The notes: generated from the letters alone by a model not told the origin. Positions 1-8,290 are shown, counted from the stretch's first letter. The stretch is DNA of 64,000 nt from Sphingobacteriales bacterium (GCA_043511425.1 CP121331.1:1894315-1958314), one strand, 5' to 3'. Numbers and translations: made by a program.

Positions 1-2
1 AA

Positions 3-458
3 TCTAATGATCATTTCAAGAGAATTTTAGAAACTAATCAACTACATAGTGTAATTGATGATTTTAATCGTGCTTTTGAAAATTTAGAAACAGATCCTGA
101 ACAAGCAATTGCAAGTGCATCTTCCACTTTAGAAAGTATCTGTAAAGCTATCTGTGACTTTTTTAAAGAAGACTATCCGAAAGCACAGCATATGCAGCCC
201 TTAATTGCCAAGGCATATAAACTACTCAATTTATCACCTGACCATCACGCTGACGAACAAATAAAAAAAATTCTCGGGGGCTTAAATAGTGTTGCAACCG
301 GAATTGGTACCTTAAGGTCAAAAAATAGTTCTGCTCACGGACATGGCACTAAAAAGGTGAAATTAAATGTACGTCATTCACGCTTAGTGGTAAATAGCTG
401 TATGACTATAGGTCTATTTTTGCTTGAGACGTATTATGACAATTATTTAAATAAATAA
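3..458 (+). CDS. Abi_C (abortive-infection C-terminal) domain protein, 5' end outside window
   Basis: Frame 3 is open from base 3 to the stop at 456-458 with no upstream stop. The C-terminal region (ATGIGTLRSKNSSAHGHG) resembles the Abi_C family. AT-rich. Confidence 0.5.
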   Translation, partial: SNDHFKRILETNQLHSVIDDFNRAFENLETDPEQAIASASSTLESICKAICDFFKEDYPKAQHMQPLIAKAYKLLNLSPDHHADEQIKKILGGLNSVATGIGTLRSKNSSAHGHGTKKVKLNVRHSRLVVNSCMTIGLFLLETYYDNYLNK

Positions 459-465
459 AAACGAA

Positions 466-655
466 CGCACAACACTGTATATAGCAAATAGGGCGTTCGG
501 TGGTTTACGAAAGTTCAGTGCCATTTACAAACACCGCCAAATCGTTGATTTGGCTTTTAAATGAAAAAGATAAAAACAAAATACAACGCTTTGGCTCAGT
601 GCAAACCTGAAAGTTTATCGCTTTCTATTGCTCTACTTGCCATGTACTAAACGTT
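466..655. repeat. Inter-cassette conserved element, copy R1 (~190 bp; hairpin GCCAAATC-gtt-GATTTGGC at 536-554 then TTTT)
   Basis: About 90 % identical to 2562-2754. Begins 8 bp after the stop of the Abi_C gene. Confidence 0.7.
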
Positions 656-939
656 AGTTGCAATTTTTAAGAGCTTCTAACAGCTTATTTGCTTGCTCTT
701 TCCTAGCAAAAACTAAGCTATCATTAACTGTGTTTATATCATCATACCACGCTTTTGCGATTTCGTTCTTATACCAAACATAGGTTACTAATGCAGTTCC
801 AGATTTTGTCAATCCTCTGCACTCTTTATCAAGTTCTTGCACTACATAAGTTTCTGTAATTTCTTGGCAACTTTGTAAAAAAAACAGCAACTAACAATAT
901 GTATAGTGCATAGCTTAATTTGATTTTTAATCGTTTCAT
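654..939 (-). pseudogene. Small lipoprotein gene interrupted by a frameshift in an A8/T8 homopolymer (877-884)
   Basis: ATG at 939-937 encodes a signal peptide MKRLKIKLSYALYILLVAVFF in one frame. The 78-aa ORF (LFFLQSCQEITE...), with lipobox LQSC, continues in another frame after the T8 run. Confidence 0.45.
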
Positions 940-1057
940 AATTTCTATCTATTAAAGTTATTTATTAATCGTTATTTCGTGCTGTTTTGGTCGCTACACA
1001 CCATACATTCAACGTTAGGTGCAAGCCCACAAGGATTCTAAGACAGAGCTTATAAAA

Positions 1058-2101
1058 ATGAAGAAATTTAGAAAATATCAAAACTTGATAGTAATTTTCT
1101 TAGCTAGTATTATGGCGGCATGTCAGCCAAGTTCCATTTTGGATTTATCCGAAAAAGACGGTCTATGGTATAAAGATGGAAGCCAATTTACTGGTAAAGC
1201 ATATGGTACATCTAAAGTAATAAACAATAAACCAATTTATCGGTACTTCGGCCTATTTAACTTTGGAGACTCTCTACTTCTGAATATTCAGAATGGAAAG
1301 ATTAAAAGTATAGACTTTTATACTTCAAATGGGCATTTTGCCAAACAAGAATTCTTAGAAGACTCTCTTACTCAACTGGAGTTTTATTATACCGAACCTG
1401 GAATTTGGGACGAGAAACTTATATCAGGGACAGCAAGTTTTAAAAATGGAAAACCACATGGATTAAGAATGTACTATGCTGAATCTAAGCATTACATGTA
1501 CTACAACAACGGTACATTAGGAAGACAAACTGAATATAAGTTGGAACCAAAGCTTCTTGATATTGATGAAATCTTAGCTCAGGAGATTATATACAAGAAA
1601 GGCAATTCTAATGCGAGATTCACTAGGAAATACTATGATAATGGTAAGACATTGAGAGAAGAGTCCGATATAGATTCTGATGGAAATGTTCTAAGTAAAG
1701 TGAGTTATGATTTGAATGGAAAAATATATGAGAAAGTTGTGAATGGTAAAAAGATTCTCTTACCGATAAATGGTAGTATTAAAACCTCGAATAGTCGTGG
1801 TGAAATAAGAGTAATAGAATACAAGAATGGCAAAAAGCATGGTGTGGAACGTCAATATTACACAGACGGACAACTTTGGGTGGAAACCACATATAACAAT
1901 GGAGAAAAAAATGGTTTAAATAAGCGTTGGTACAAAAACGGAGAGTTAGCTTTGGAATGTACATATCACAAAAATATAATTCACGGAAATTATCAAAAAT
2001 GGTACGATAACGGTCAATTATGGGAGAAATCGACATACCAAAATGCAAAATTAATAAGTCAAAAAAAATGGTACAAAGACGGGAAACCGGCTTTAAAATG
2101 A
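1058..2101 (+). CDS. YwqK-family / MORN-variant repeat lipoprotein (antitoxin/immunity-like)
   Basis: Repeated WYxNGxL...Y(H/Q)xN...G units (WYKNGELALECTYHKNIIHGNYQKWYDNGQLWEKSTY). Lipobox IMAAC after MKKFRKYQNLIVIFLAS. Start moved to the internal ATG at 1058; the ORF track starts at 1019. Confidence 0.55.
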   Translation: MKKFRKYQNLIVIFLASIMAACQPSSILDLSEKDGLWYKDGSQFTGKAYGTSKVINNKPIYRYFGLFNFGDSLLLNIQNGKIKSIDFYTSNGHFAKQEFLEDSLTQLEFYYTEPGIWDEKLISGTASFKNGKPHGLRMYYAESKHYMYYNNGTLGRQTEYKLEPKLLDIDEILAQEIIYKKGNSNARFTRKYYDNGKTLREESDIDSDGNVLSKVSYDLNGKIYEKVVNGKKILLPINGSIKTSNSRGEIRVIEYKNGKKHGVERQYYTDGQLWVETTYNNGEKNGLNKRWYKNGELALECTYHKNIIHGNYQKWYDNGQLWEKSTYQNAKLISQKKWYKDGKPALK

Positions 2102-2108
2102 AATTGTT

Positions 2109-2543
2109 ATGGTTAAGCAAATAATGAAATACTCCCGTGCAACTTATCTTATTCTAAGCTACTTTCAACTCATTTTATTCTTTGTTCTATTAAAATCGCT
2201 TTACATGAGAAGACTGTATTTTCCTGGAAATGGGTTTAGTGGAAGCCTATCTAGAACAATGCCTTTAGCTGGTTATCAGTTAGGTTTTATTATATTAATG
2301 ATCATGTTCACATTACTTCTTGTTGTAAGCTGGATGTCAGTAAAAAAGGGCAAGCACAAAATTGTTTTATTTAATATTTTATTCATTATCCAATCCATTT
2401 TAATAGTCCCTATTATCTTCATTATTTACAACTGGCAGCTAGCTATTGTTAAGGTCGGATACTTAATACTAATTCCAATAATGTTACTCTCGATATTGAT
2501 GATATTAGAAAAAATAAAAGTTAAAAGAAGTGTAGCTTCATAA
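2109..2543 (+). CDS. Small polytopic membrane protein, hypothetical
   Basis: 144-aa ORF with about 4 hydrophobic segments. Alternative start at 2124 (MKYSRATYLIL). Followed 19 bp later by repeat R2. Confidence 0.45.
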   Translation: MVKQIMKYSRATYLILSYFQLILFFVLLKSLYMRRLYFPGNGFSGSLSRTMPLAGYQLGFIILMIMFTLLLVVSWMSVKKGKHKIVLFNILFIIQSILIVPIIFIIYNWQLAIVKVGYLILIPIMLLSILMILEKIKVKRSVAS

Positions 2544-2561
2544 AAAAAAATCAAAGCCAGC

Positions 2562-2754
2562 ACCTAACAATTGTATATAGCAAATAGGGCGTTCAGTGGT
2601 GTACGAAAGTTCAGTGCTATTTACCAACACCGCCAAATCGTTGATTTGGCTTTTAAGAATGAATAAATTAAAAACAAAACACAACGCTTTGGCTCTGTGC
2701 AAAATTGAAAGTTTATCGCTTTCTTCTGCCCTACTTGCCATATACTAAACGTTG
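2562..2754. repeat. Inter-cassette conserved element, copy R2 (hairpin 2632-2651 then TTTT)
   Basis: Near-identical to R1 (tgtatatagcaaatagggcgttc...ccgccaaatcgttgatttggctttt...cgctttggctc...gaaagtttatcgctttc...tactaaacgtt). Confidence 0.7.
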
Positions 2755-2806
2755 TGCGTAATGCAAAAAAATAGTAACCATACAGATTAACAGACAAATA
2801 AAAAAC

Positions 2807-3475
2807 ATGAAACAGAAATTAGTATTTATTCTTGCTTTGACATTAATAGCAAAGCTTTCACACAGTCAGCTTATTGACCGATATGGAATTAATGTTGGAA
2901 CTTCATATTCTACTCAGATTTGGGATTACAAATTAATAAACGTTGATTCAGATAATGAATATAAATTTGGATTTCAAGCCTTTTTACAAGCGGAAAAAGA
3001 TTTTGGGAAACTCTTGGCTCTGCGGACAGAATTAGGATACATACAAAAAGGATTTAAAAATAATTTAACCCTTACTTCCGCAGAGGGAACTTTTGTTGGG
3101 ACAAATAATGACAATGTGATATTGCATGATTTAGCACTTAATCTTGGATTAAAAATAAAACCGTTGAAAACAGATTTTTCTCCCTATTTTCTAGCTGGAT
3201 TACGTGGCGATTATATGATTTCCTATAAAGACGTAGAAATAGAAGAGCCTGGTTCTGGACTGAAATTTAATATTTATGAATCAACAATTGAGGATTTTAA
3301 CAAATTCAATATTGGTGGATTAATAGGATTGGGTGTTGACATAAAGGATTTGTTTTATTTTGAAATTGAATACAACCCAAACTTCACAAAGAATTTTGAT
3401 GACACAGGATTGAGTATTAAAGATAATTGTTGGGGAGCAAAAATTGGATTAAACATTAACAAACTAACAGAATAA
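2807..3475 (+). CDS. Secreted beta-rich protein, possible outer-membrane beta-barrel
   Basis: Signal peptide followed by alternating hydrophobic beta-strand pattern. No terminal aromatic residue, so the OMP assignment is weak. Confidence 0.35.
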   Translation: MKQKLVFILALTLIAKLSHSQLIDRYGINVGTSYSTQIWDYKLINVDSDNEYKFGFQAFLQAEKDFGKLLALRTELGYIQKGFKNNLTLTSAEGTFVGTNNDNVILHDLALNLGLKIKPLKTDFSPYFLAGLRGDYMISYKDVEIEEPGSGLKFNIYESTIEDFNKFNIGGLIGLGVDIKDLFYFEIEYNPNFTKNFDDTGLSIKDNCWGAKIGLNINKLTE

Positions 3476-3484
3476 GAGGCACAT

Positions 3485-3678
3485 ACGCACAACAATGTAT
3501 AAAAGTAATAGCGGTTTTCGTGGGTATTTGAGCGTATTTGAGCGTAAGTAGTTCTAGTCAGCCCCGCCAAATCTGCCGATTTGACTATTTAGATTAGGTG
3601 CAGCTTTGGCTACTTAGTAAATTGACACGAAACCGCTTTAAAGTCCGCTACTACTCTTATACGGGTCGTTATGCGCAA
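3485..3678. repeat. Inter-cassette conserved element, diverged copy R3 (hairpin CAAATC-tgcc-GATTTG 3568-3583; internal 10-bp tandem tatttgagcg x2)
   Basis: Shares the acgcacaacaatgtata 5' end, ccgccaaatc...gatttg hairpin, gctttggct and cgttatgcg 3' motifs with R1/R2. Confidence 0.5.
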
Positions 3679-3711
3679 TTGCTCAGCAAACTCAAAAAGC
3701 TGTAAAAACAA

Positions 3712-4278
3712 ATGAAAATAAAGAAAGATAATTTAACACCTGAACAAAAAAAGAAAGCCTATTTTGGAATTGTTTTTTTGTCAATTTTATTATTCTCATT
3801 TTTTTATTATGCTAACTTTTTAAAAAAGACAACTAAGGAATTATTGTCAAAAAACACTGAATTAACAGTTTGCGAAATTATAGGTTTTAGCACTTATAAA
3901 GGTAGTACAGATATTATAGAATATTCTGTAAACGGAAAAAAATATAAAAGAGAACTTTTAGCAAGAAGGGTAGCTGAAATAGGAGAATTTTATGAATTAA
4001 AATATTCTAAAGTTGAACCTGATATTTGTGAAGTTAATTATAAAAATCCGAAAATTTATAACCCTGAAAATTACATAAAAAGTATAGGAATTATAAGTGA
4101 CATTTATGAGAACGAAAAATATAAGATGTTAACTTTTGAGTATGATTATGAAAGAGAAAAATTTGAAAGAGATATTTATCTTTATAACCTAGAGAATTAT
4201 GAAAAAGGAAAGCAAATTGAAATAATAATAAACAGAAAGAATCCAAAGATATCATATTTAACAAAACAGATTGAATAA
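3712..4278 (+). CDS. Membrane-anchored hypothetical protein (K/E/Y-rich, AT-rich)
   Basis: 188-aa ORF with an N-terminal TM segment (FGIVFLSILLFSFFYY). Followed by element R4. Confidence 0.45.
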   Translation: MKIKKDNLTPEQKKKAYFGIVFLSILLFSFFYYANFLKKTTKELLSKNTELTVCEIIGFSTYKGSTDIIEYSVNGKKYKRELLARRVAEIGEFYELKYSKVEPDICEVNYKNPKIYNPENYIKSIGIISDIYENEKYKMLTFEYDYEREKFERDIYLYNLENYEKGKQIEIIINRKNPKISYLTKQIE

Positions 4279-4287
4279 AAAACTGCA

Positions 4288-4425
4288 CATAACACCGTGT
4301 ATATTTTATTGCTTTCTTTTAGCCAACTTACGAAAATCCTCGCGGATTTTCTATTCAGTATTTATTTGCTAAATTTACGCTAAACCAACGCAACAAAGCA
4401 TACACAAACACGTTGGCTGTAATTT
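4288..4425. repeat. Inter-cassette element, degenerate copy R4 (hairpin GAAAATCC-tcgc-GGATTTTC 4333-4352)
   Basis: Shares cacataacaccgtgtatat 5' end and acgttgg 3' motif. The hairpin occupies the same position as in R1-R3 but has a different stem sequence with pairing maintained. Confidence 0.4.
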
Positions 4426-4486
4426 AAAAGAACACTGCTCAGCCTAAAATTTCTTGAACAAGCTGACGATAATTATTTTGAATACC

Positions 4487-4870
4487 TTACGTAACTTTTG
4501 ATTTGTCTTGATTAAATCCTGCCTCAGCTATTGAAAACATTTCCGCGTTTTGAACTCTCAAGTTTTTATCACTCCACAAAATGATTTCTGTAATGACAGG
4601 AGCTAACTCTATTCCCTTTTCTGTTAGTAGATAAATATTTTCCTTTTGATTATCAGGCAATTTTTGCTTGCTTATCAAATCATTTTCTTCCAACCACTTT
4701 AATCTTGAAGATAAGATACCTGGTGCAATTCCCTCTGGTGAGGCAGAAAATTCCTTAAAATTTTTTTTGCCTTGAAGCAACATATCCCTTACAATCAACA
4801 AAGACCATTTATCTCCTACTATATCTAAAGTGGAAGCAAGTGGACAGCCTGATCTAAATTTATTTTCCAT
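4487..4870 (-). CDS. HxlR-family winged-helix transcriptional regulator
   Basis: CPLASTLDIVGDKWSLLIVRDML motif. Divergent from the SDR gene. Confidence 0.7.
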   Translation of the reverse strand: MENKFRSGCPLASTLDIVGDKWSLLIVRDMLLQGKKNFKEFSASPEGIAPGILSSRLKWLEENDLISKQKLPDNQKENIYLLTEKGIELAPVITEIILWSDKNLRVQNAEMFSIAEAGFNQDKSKVT

Positions 4871-4914
4871 TTTTTTTACTATTATTTCGATAGTAATAAT
4901 TATTTATCTTACTT

Positions 4915-4935
4915 TTGCTACTGATTTAATAGCAA
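4915..4935. promoter_or_regulatory. Palindrome TTGCTA-n9-TAGCAA in the HxlR/SDR divergent intergenic region, candidate operator
   Basis: Seen directly in the sequence. HxlR-type regulators commonly bind palindromes in their divergent promoters. Confidence 0.25.
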
Positions 4936-4950
4936 AAATAGAGAATATAA

Positions 4951-5721
4951 ATGAAACAATCAAAACAAATAGTACTTATAACGGGTGGAGGTTCAGGCAT
5001 TGGACTTGCCATAGCTCAAAAATTCTTAGCAAATAACAATACCGTAATCATAACAGGTAGAAATCTTGCTAAACTCGAAAAAGTAAAACAAGAAAATCCC
5101 AAAATACATATCTATCAAAGTGATGTAACGGATGATGCCGAAGTAAGGATGCTCGCAGACGATATTCAACAAAAATTTGACGGATTGGATGACCTCATTA
5201 ACAACGCAGGGATTATGAATTTGGTAGATACGGGCAATGAAAGCAACGACTTGCAAAAACAAATGCAGGAAATTGAAATCAACTATAATTCGCCTATTCG
5301 AGTATTGCATTATTTCCTTCCACTACTCAAAAAAAGTAAAAATGCAGTTCTTGTCAATGTTTCTTCGGGTTTGGCGTATGTTCCATTTGCACAAGCACCC
5401 GTTTATTCAGGAACAAAATCAGCTTTACATTTTTGGACATTAGGCATTCGTCCACAACTACAACCGCATAATATAAAAGTGGTTGAACTCTTGCCACCTG
5501 TTGTCGATACACCATTGGCACACGGAGCTGATATTGCCGAAGATGATAACTTGAAACCAATGCCACCCGAAAAATTAGCAGATATTTTTTGGAAAGATTT
5601 TATAAGTGGGAAAGAAGAGATTACACCGGGTATTTCCAAACAATTGAAATTAATGAGTAGGCTTGCTCCCAAATTCATCTTTAAGCAATTGAACAAAAAA
5701 CCAATCCCAAACCGAAAATAA
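4951..5721 (+). CDS. SDR-family NAD(P)-dependent oxidoreductase
   Basis: ITGGGSGIGLAIA Rossmann motif and YSGTK catalytic motif. Confidence 0.75.
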   Translation: MKQSKQIVLITGGGSGIGLAIAQKFLANNNTVIITGRNLAKLEKVKQENPKIHIYQSDVTDDAEVRMLADDIQQKFDGLDDLINNAGIMNLVDTGNESNDLQKQMQEIEINYNSPIRVLHYFLPLLKKSKNAVLVNVSSGLAYVPFAQAPVYSGTKSALHFWTLGIRPQLQPHNIKVVELLPPVVDTPLAHGADIAEDDNLKPMPPEKLADIFWKDFISGKEEITPGISKQLKLMSRLAPKFIFKQLNKKPIPNRK

Positions 5722-5742
5722 TCACAGATAAAAAATAACAAA

Positions 5743-6231
5743 ATGGACAATTTTACAATTATCAACTTACAAGCCTTGACAGGCACAATCGCAATCATTT
5801 TAGGTTTCAAGTATTGGATTCAACCTCGCATTTCAAAACTATCCTTAAACGAAGCACTTTTGCCTTTTGTTTTCTTAAACACCTTTAGGTATTTGGGCTT
5901 GACTTTTATGGCTAAGGAGCAGTTTTATGACAGTTTTCCTTCGGACTTTTTAACAACAGTTGGTCTGCTTGACTTTACTACAGCAATTTTAGCCATCATT
6001 GCCGCCATTGCATTAAAAAACAAATGGAGTTTTGCCATTCCGTTAGTATGGATATTCAATATTGTTGGGTTTGGGGATTTAATTACTGCTTTTCCTCAAT
6101 TTTTTAGCTTAGAACTCTATAATCATAACCTAGGAATTATTTGGTTGACGTTTGTAACCTATGGTTTAGCTGCGTTCTTAAGTCATATCTACATATTTAT
6201 CAGACTATTCAACAATTTAAAAAAGAAATAA
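5743..6231 (+). CDS. Integral membrane protein, hypothetical
   Basis: 162-aa ORF with about 4 TM segments. Confidence 0.5.
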   Translation: MDNFTIINLQALTGTIAIILGFKYWIQPRISKLSLNEALLPFVFLNTFRYLGLTFMAKEQFYDSFPSDFLTTVGLLDFTTAILAIIAAIALKNKWSFAIPLVWIFNIVGFGDLITAFPQFFSLELYNHNLGIIWLTFVTYGLAAFLSHIYIFIRLFNNLKKK

Positions 6232-6232
6232 T

Positions 6233-7237
6233 ATGAACACAAATAATAAAATACTTCTATTCCTTGCACTGAGTTTTTTCGCTTTTCAAAATATAAAAGC
6301 ACAAAGTGTTTATGAAGGAAAGAAAACAAAGGTAGAAAAGGATATTTCGGCAGAATTTCCATTCGAATCTAAATTCATAGAATTAGGAACAGACACAGTA
6401 CATTATGTAGAGTCTGGCGAAGGTGACCCAATAATATTATTGCACGGTTTACCTGCAAATGCTTATCTATGGCGAAACATTATTCCAAACATTGACGATA
6501 ATAAAAAGGTAATAGCCTTGGACTTTTTAGGTTTTGGAAAATCAAGTTTTCCAAAAGACAGAAACGTTTCAGTAGAAGTACAGTACAAAATGCTGACTGA
6601 TTTTATAGAAGCTAAGCAACTTAAAAATGTCACACTTTTTATTCAAGATATTGGCTCAATTGTAGGGATGCTCTATGCGATTAGAGAACCTCAGAACGTA
6701 AAGGGGATGGCTCTCTTTGAAGCTCCTTTTATGCCAGCTGATGTAATGTACGACCAATTACCGTTTAGTTTCAAAGCGTTTATGAAACTCACTAGAACCA
6801 AAAAAGGGAATGAAAAATGGATGGTTAAAAAGAATTTTGCTGGCAAAAAATTGGCGGTTAATTTCTTTACAGGTAGAAAATTACCAAAAGAAGCGTATCC
6901 GCATTATACGCAACCTTGGGATGAGAAAGAAAGACGCTATGCCATAACCAATGGTCCAGACCCTGCCGTTTTATCCTACACCAAAGGAAAGGGAGAAAGT
7001 GACTTTGCTACTCTATTGGACACTATATCAAATGGAATGAAAGAAACACGAATCCCAATCTTATATTTCTACGCCAAAAAAGGATTGGTAAATAGAAAAA
7101 AAGCAGTTGAATACGCCAAAGAAAACTTCAAAAATGCAACTTATGTTTATCTCGGAAAAGGAAAACACTTTTTAACGGAAAGCCACCCAAAACAAATGAG
7201 CCAAAAGTTTAATTTATGGTTTGAAACGTTGAAGTAG
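6233..7237 (+). CDS. Alpha/beta hydrolase, haloalkane-dehalogenase-like, with signal peptide
   Basis: HGLPANAYLWRNIIP resembles the HLD signature HGNPTSSYLWRNIIP. Nucleophile context IQDIGS. Confidence 0.6.
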   Translation: MNTNNKILLFLALSFFAFQNIKAQSVYEGKKTKVEKDISAEFPFESKFIELGTDTVHYVESGEGDPIILLHGLPANAYLWRNIIPNIDDNKKVIALDFLGFGKSSFPKDRNVSVEVQYKMLTDFIEAKQLKNVTLFIQDIGSIVGMLYAIREPQNVKGMALFEAPFMPADVMYDQLPFSFKAFMKLTRTKKGNEKWMVKKNFAGKKLAVNFFTGRKLPKEAYPHYTQPWDEKERRYAITNGPDPAVLSYTKGKGESDFATLLDTISNGMKETRIPILYFYAKKGLVNRKKAVEYAKENFKNATYVYLGKGKHFLTESHPKQMSQKFNLWFETLK

Positions 7238-7254
7238 AAGAAGAAAAACTACAG

Positions 7255-7510
7255 CCAATCGAGTAGACCGCCCCGCTAATTAAGGCAGGGAGGGCCTTCT
7301 CACACCACCGTAGCCTTCGACAAGCTCAGGACAGGCCAAGCTGGTCTCGTATACGGCGGTTCATTAATCCTACTTCACTTGGAGGAAGTATTCTAGCATA
7401 CTAATATACCCTCTCTTTTTAAGTCTGTCTTTGGTTATGGTGGTGATTAAGATAGGACTTTGGGCGGTAGCCCAGCTGATGATACCCTGGCTGTTAAGAC
7501 AGGTGTAATT
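7255..7510. other. GC-rich noncoding island (possible structured RNA or relic of a mobile-element end)
   Basis: Stops in all six frames. Local GC is far above the flanks. Long-range complementarity between ACCGCCC (7270-7276) and GGGCGGT (7462-7468). Confidence 0.3.
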
Positions 7511-7622
7511 CAAATATAGGTTAACAATGTTTGTTCATGCTTTATGCTATTATGTATACTACAAGCCTTATCCCACGCTTCTATTCTTCTTGTATCTTTA
7601 CATTTATTTTTATATTTTTGGC

Positions 7623-7646
7623 ATTGGATATAGTAATATCCAATGA
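7623..7646. promoter_or_regulatory. Perfect 10-bp inverted repeat CATTGGATAT-agta-ATATCCAATG upstream of the 7743 gene
   Basis: Seen directly in the sequence, about 100 bp upstream of the start. Confidence 0.25.
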
Positions 7647-7742
7647 CACCACGTATTCAGAAAAAAATATACATCACGGGATAAAAAATTGACCTGACCA
7701 ATCCCTAAAATAAGGTAAGGCATAAATTAAAATGTAACAAAA

Positions 7743-8186
7743 ATGAAAAAAATGATTCTTATGAGTGTAATAGCTCTATTTGTTGGACTAAGTGTAAAAG
7801 CACAGCAAACTAATATTTCTGTCGCTATTGCAAAAAAATCTACAGATTGCAATTCTACAGATTTAGGGTATAAAGTATTTTATGGTGCAGATTATGGCGA
7901 GTTAAGAAAAAAATCAAGTGCTGCAGTTAAAAGACTATGTCCAGATTGGGAGCACGTCGAAACAAAAAATAATGAAGACTGGGGGAGCTATATGGGAAGT
8001 TATTTAGTAATTATTTCAACCACAGTAACGAACTCTAGCGGATGCAAAAGGAGTAATTATGGAGTAGGTTTTGGGACAAGCAGTAGTGCAGCCTTAAAAA
8101 ATGCCAAAAAACACTTAACAGGTAGAAATTGGAGTTGGAGCGAAAGCAAACACGGTTATAGAATCGAAGCTGAAAAAAGGTATTAA
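7743..8186 (+). CDS. Small secreted protein, hypothetical
   Basis: Signal peptide MKKMILMSVIALFVGLSVKAQQ. 147 aa. Confidence 0.5.
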   Translation: MKKMILMSVIALFVGLSVKAQQTNISVAIAKKSTDCNSTDLGYKVFYGADYGELRKKSSAAVKRLCPDWEHVETKNNEDWGSYMGSYLVIISTTVTNSSGCKRSNYGVGFGTSSSAALKNAKKHLTGRNWSWSESKHGYRIEAEKRY

Positions 8187-8189
8187 AAC

Positions 8190-8290
8190 ACCGTAATACG
8201 GTGCACAGTTAATCGCGAAACTTCTTACTATGTTGAGAAGCTCCACACGTAATTCCGCCACTAACCATATACAAACACGTTGGGAGTCAT
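8190..8290. repeat. Partial R4-like element after the 7743 gene (hairpin cttct-n10-agaag; caaacacgttggg 3' motif)
   Basis: The 3' motif matches R4 (cacaaacacgttggctg). Located immediately after the stop codon. Confidence 0.3.

Noticed and set aside
1779-2120. Antisense ORFs embedded in longer genes (e.g. 1779-2120, 5403-5810, 12901-13308, 41503-42084, 51864-52238, 59276-59858)
   Set aside because: Shadow ORFs opposite well-supported genes, with low-complexity or unusual composition and no independent start/stop context.
7255-7510. tmRNA, RNase P RNA, SRP RNA, group II intron domain V or hammerhead ribozyme identity for the GC-rich island
   Set aside because: The hallmark motifs are missing. 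There is no GGAAAGUCCGGGC or GGUAAGAGCGCACC, no tRNA-like 3' end with tag ORF, and no GAGCCGUAUGCG…CGCACGUACGGUUC pair. The single CUGAUGA is expected by chance in 64 kb.
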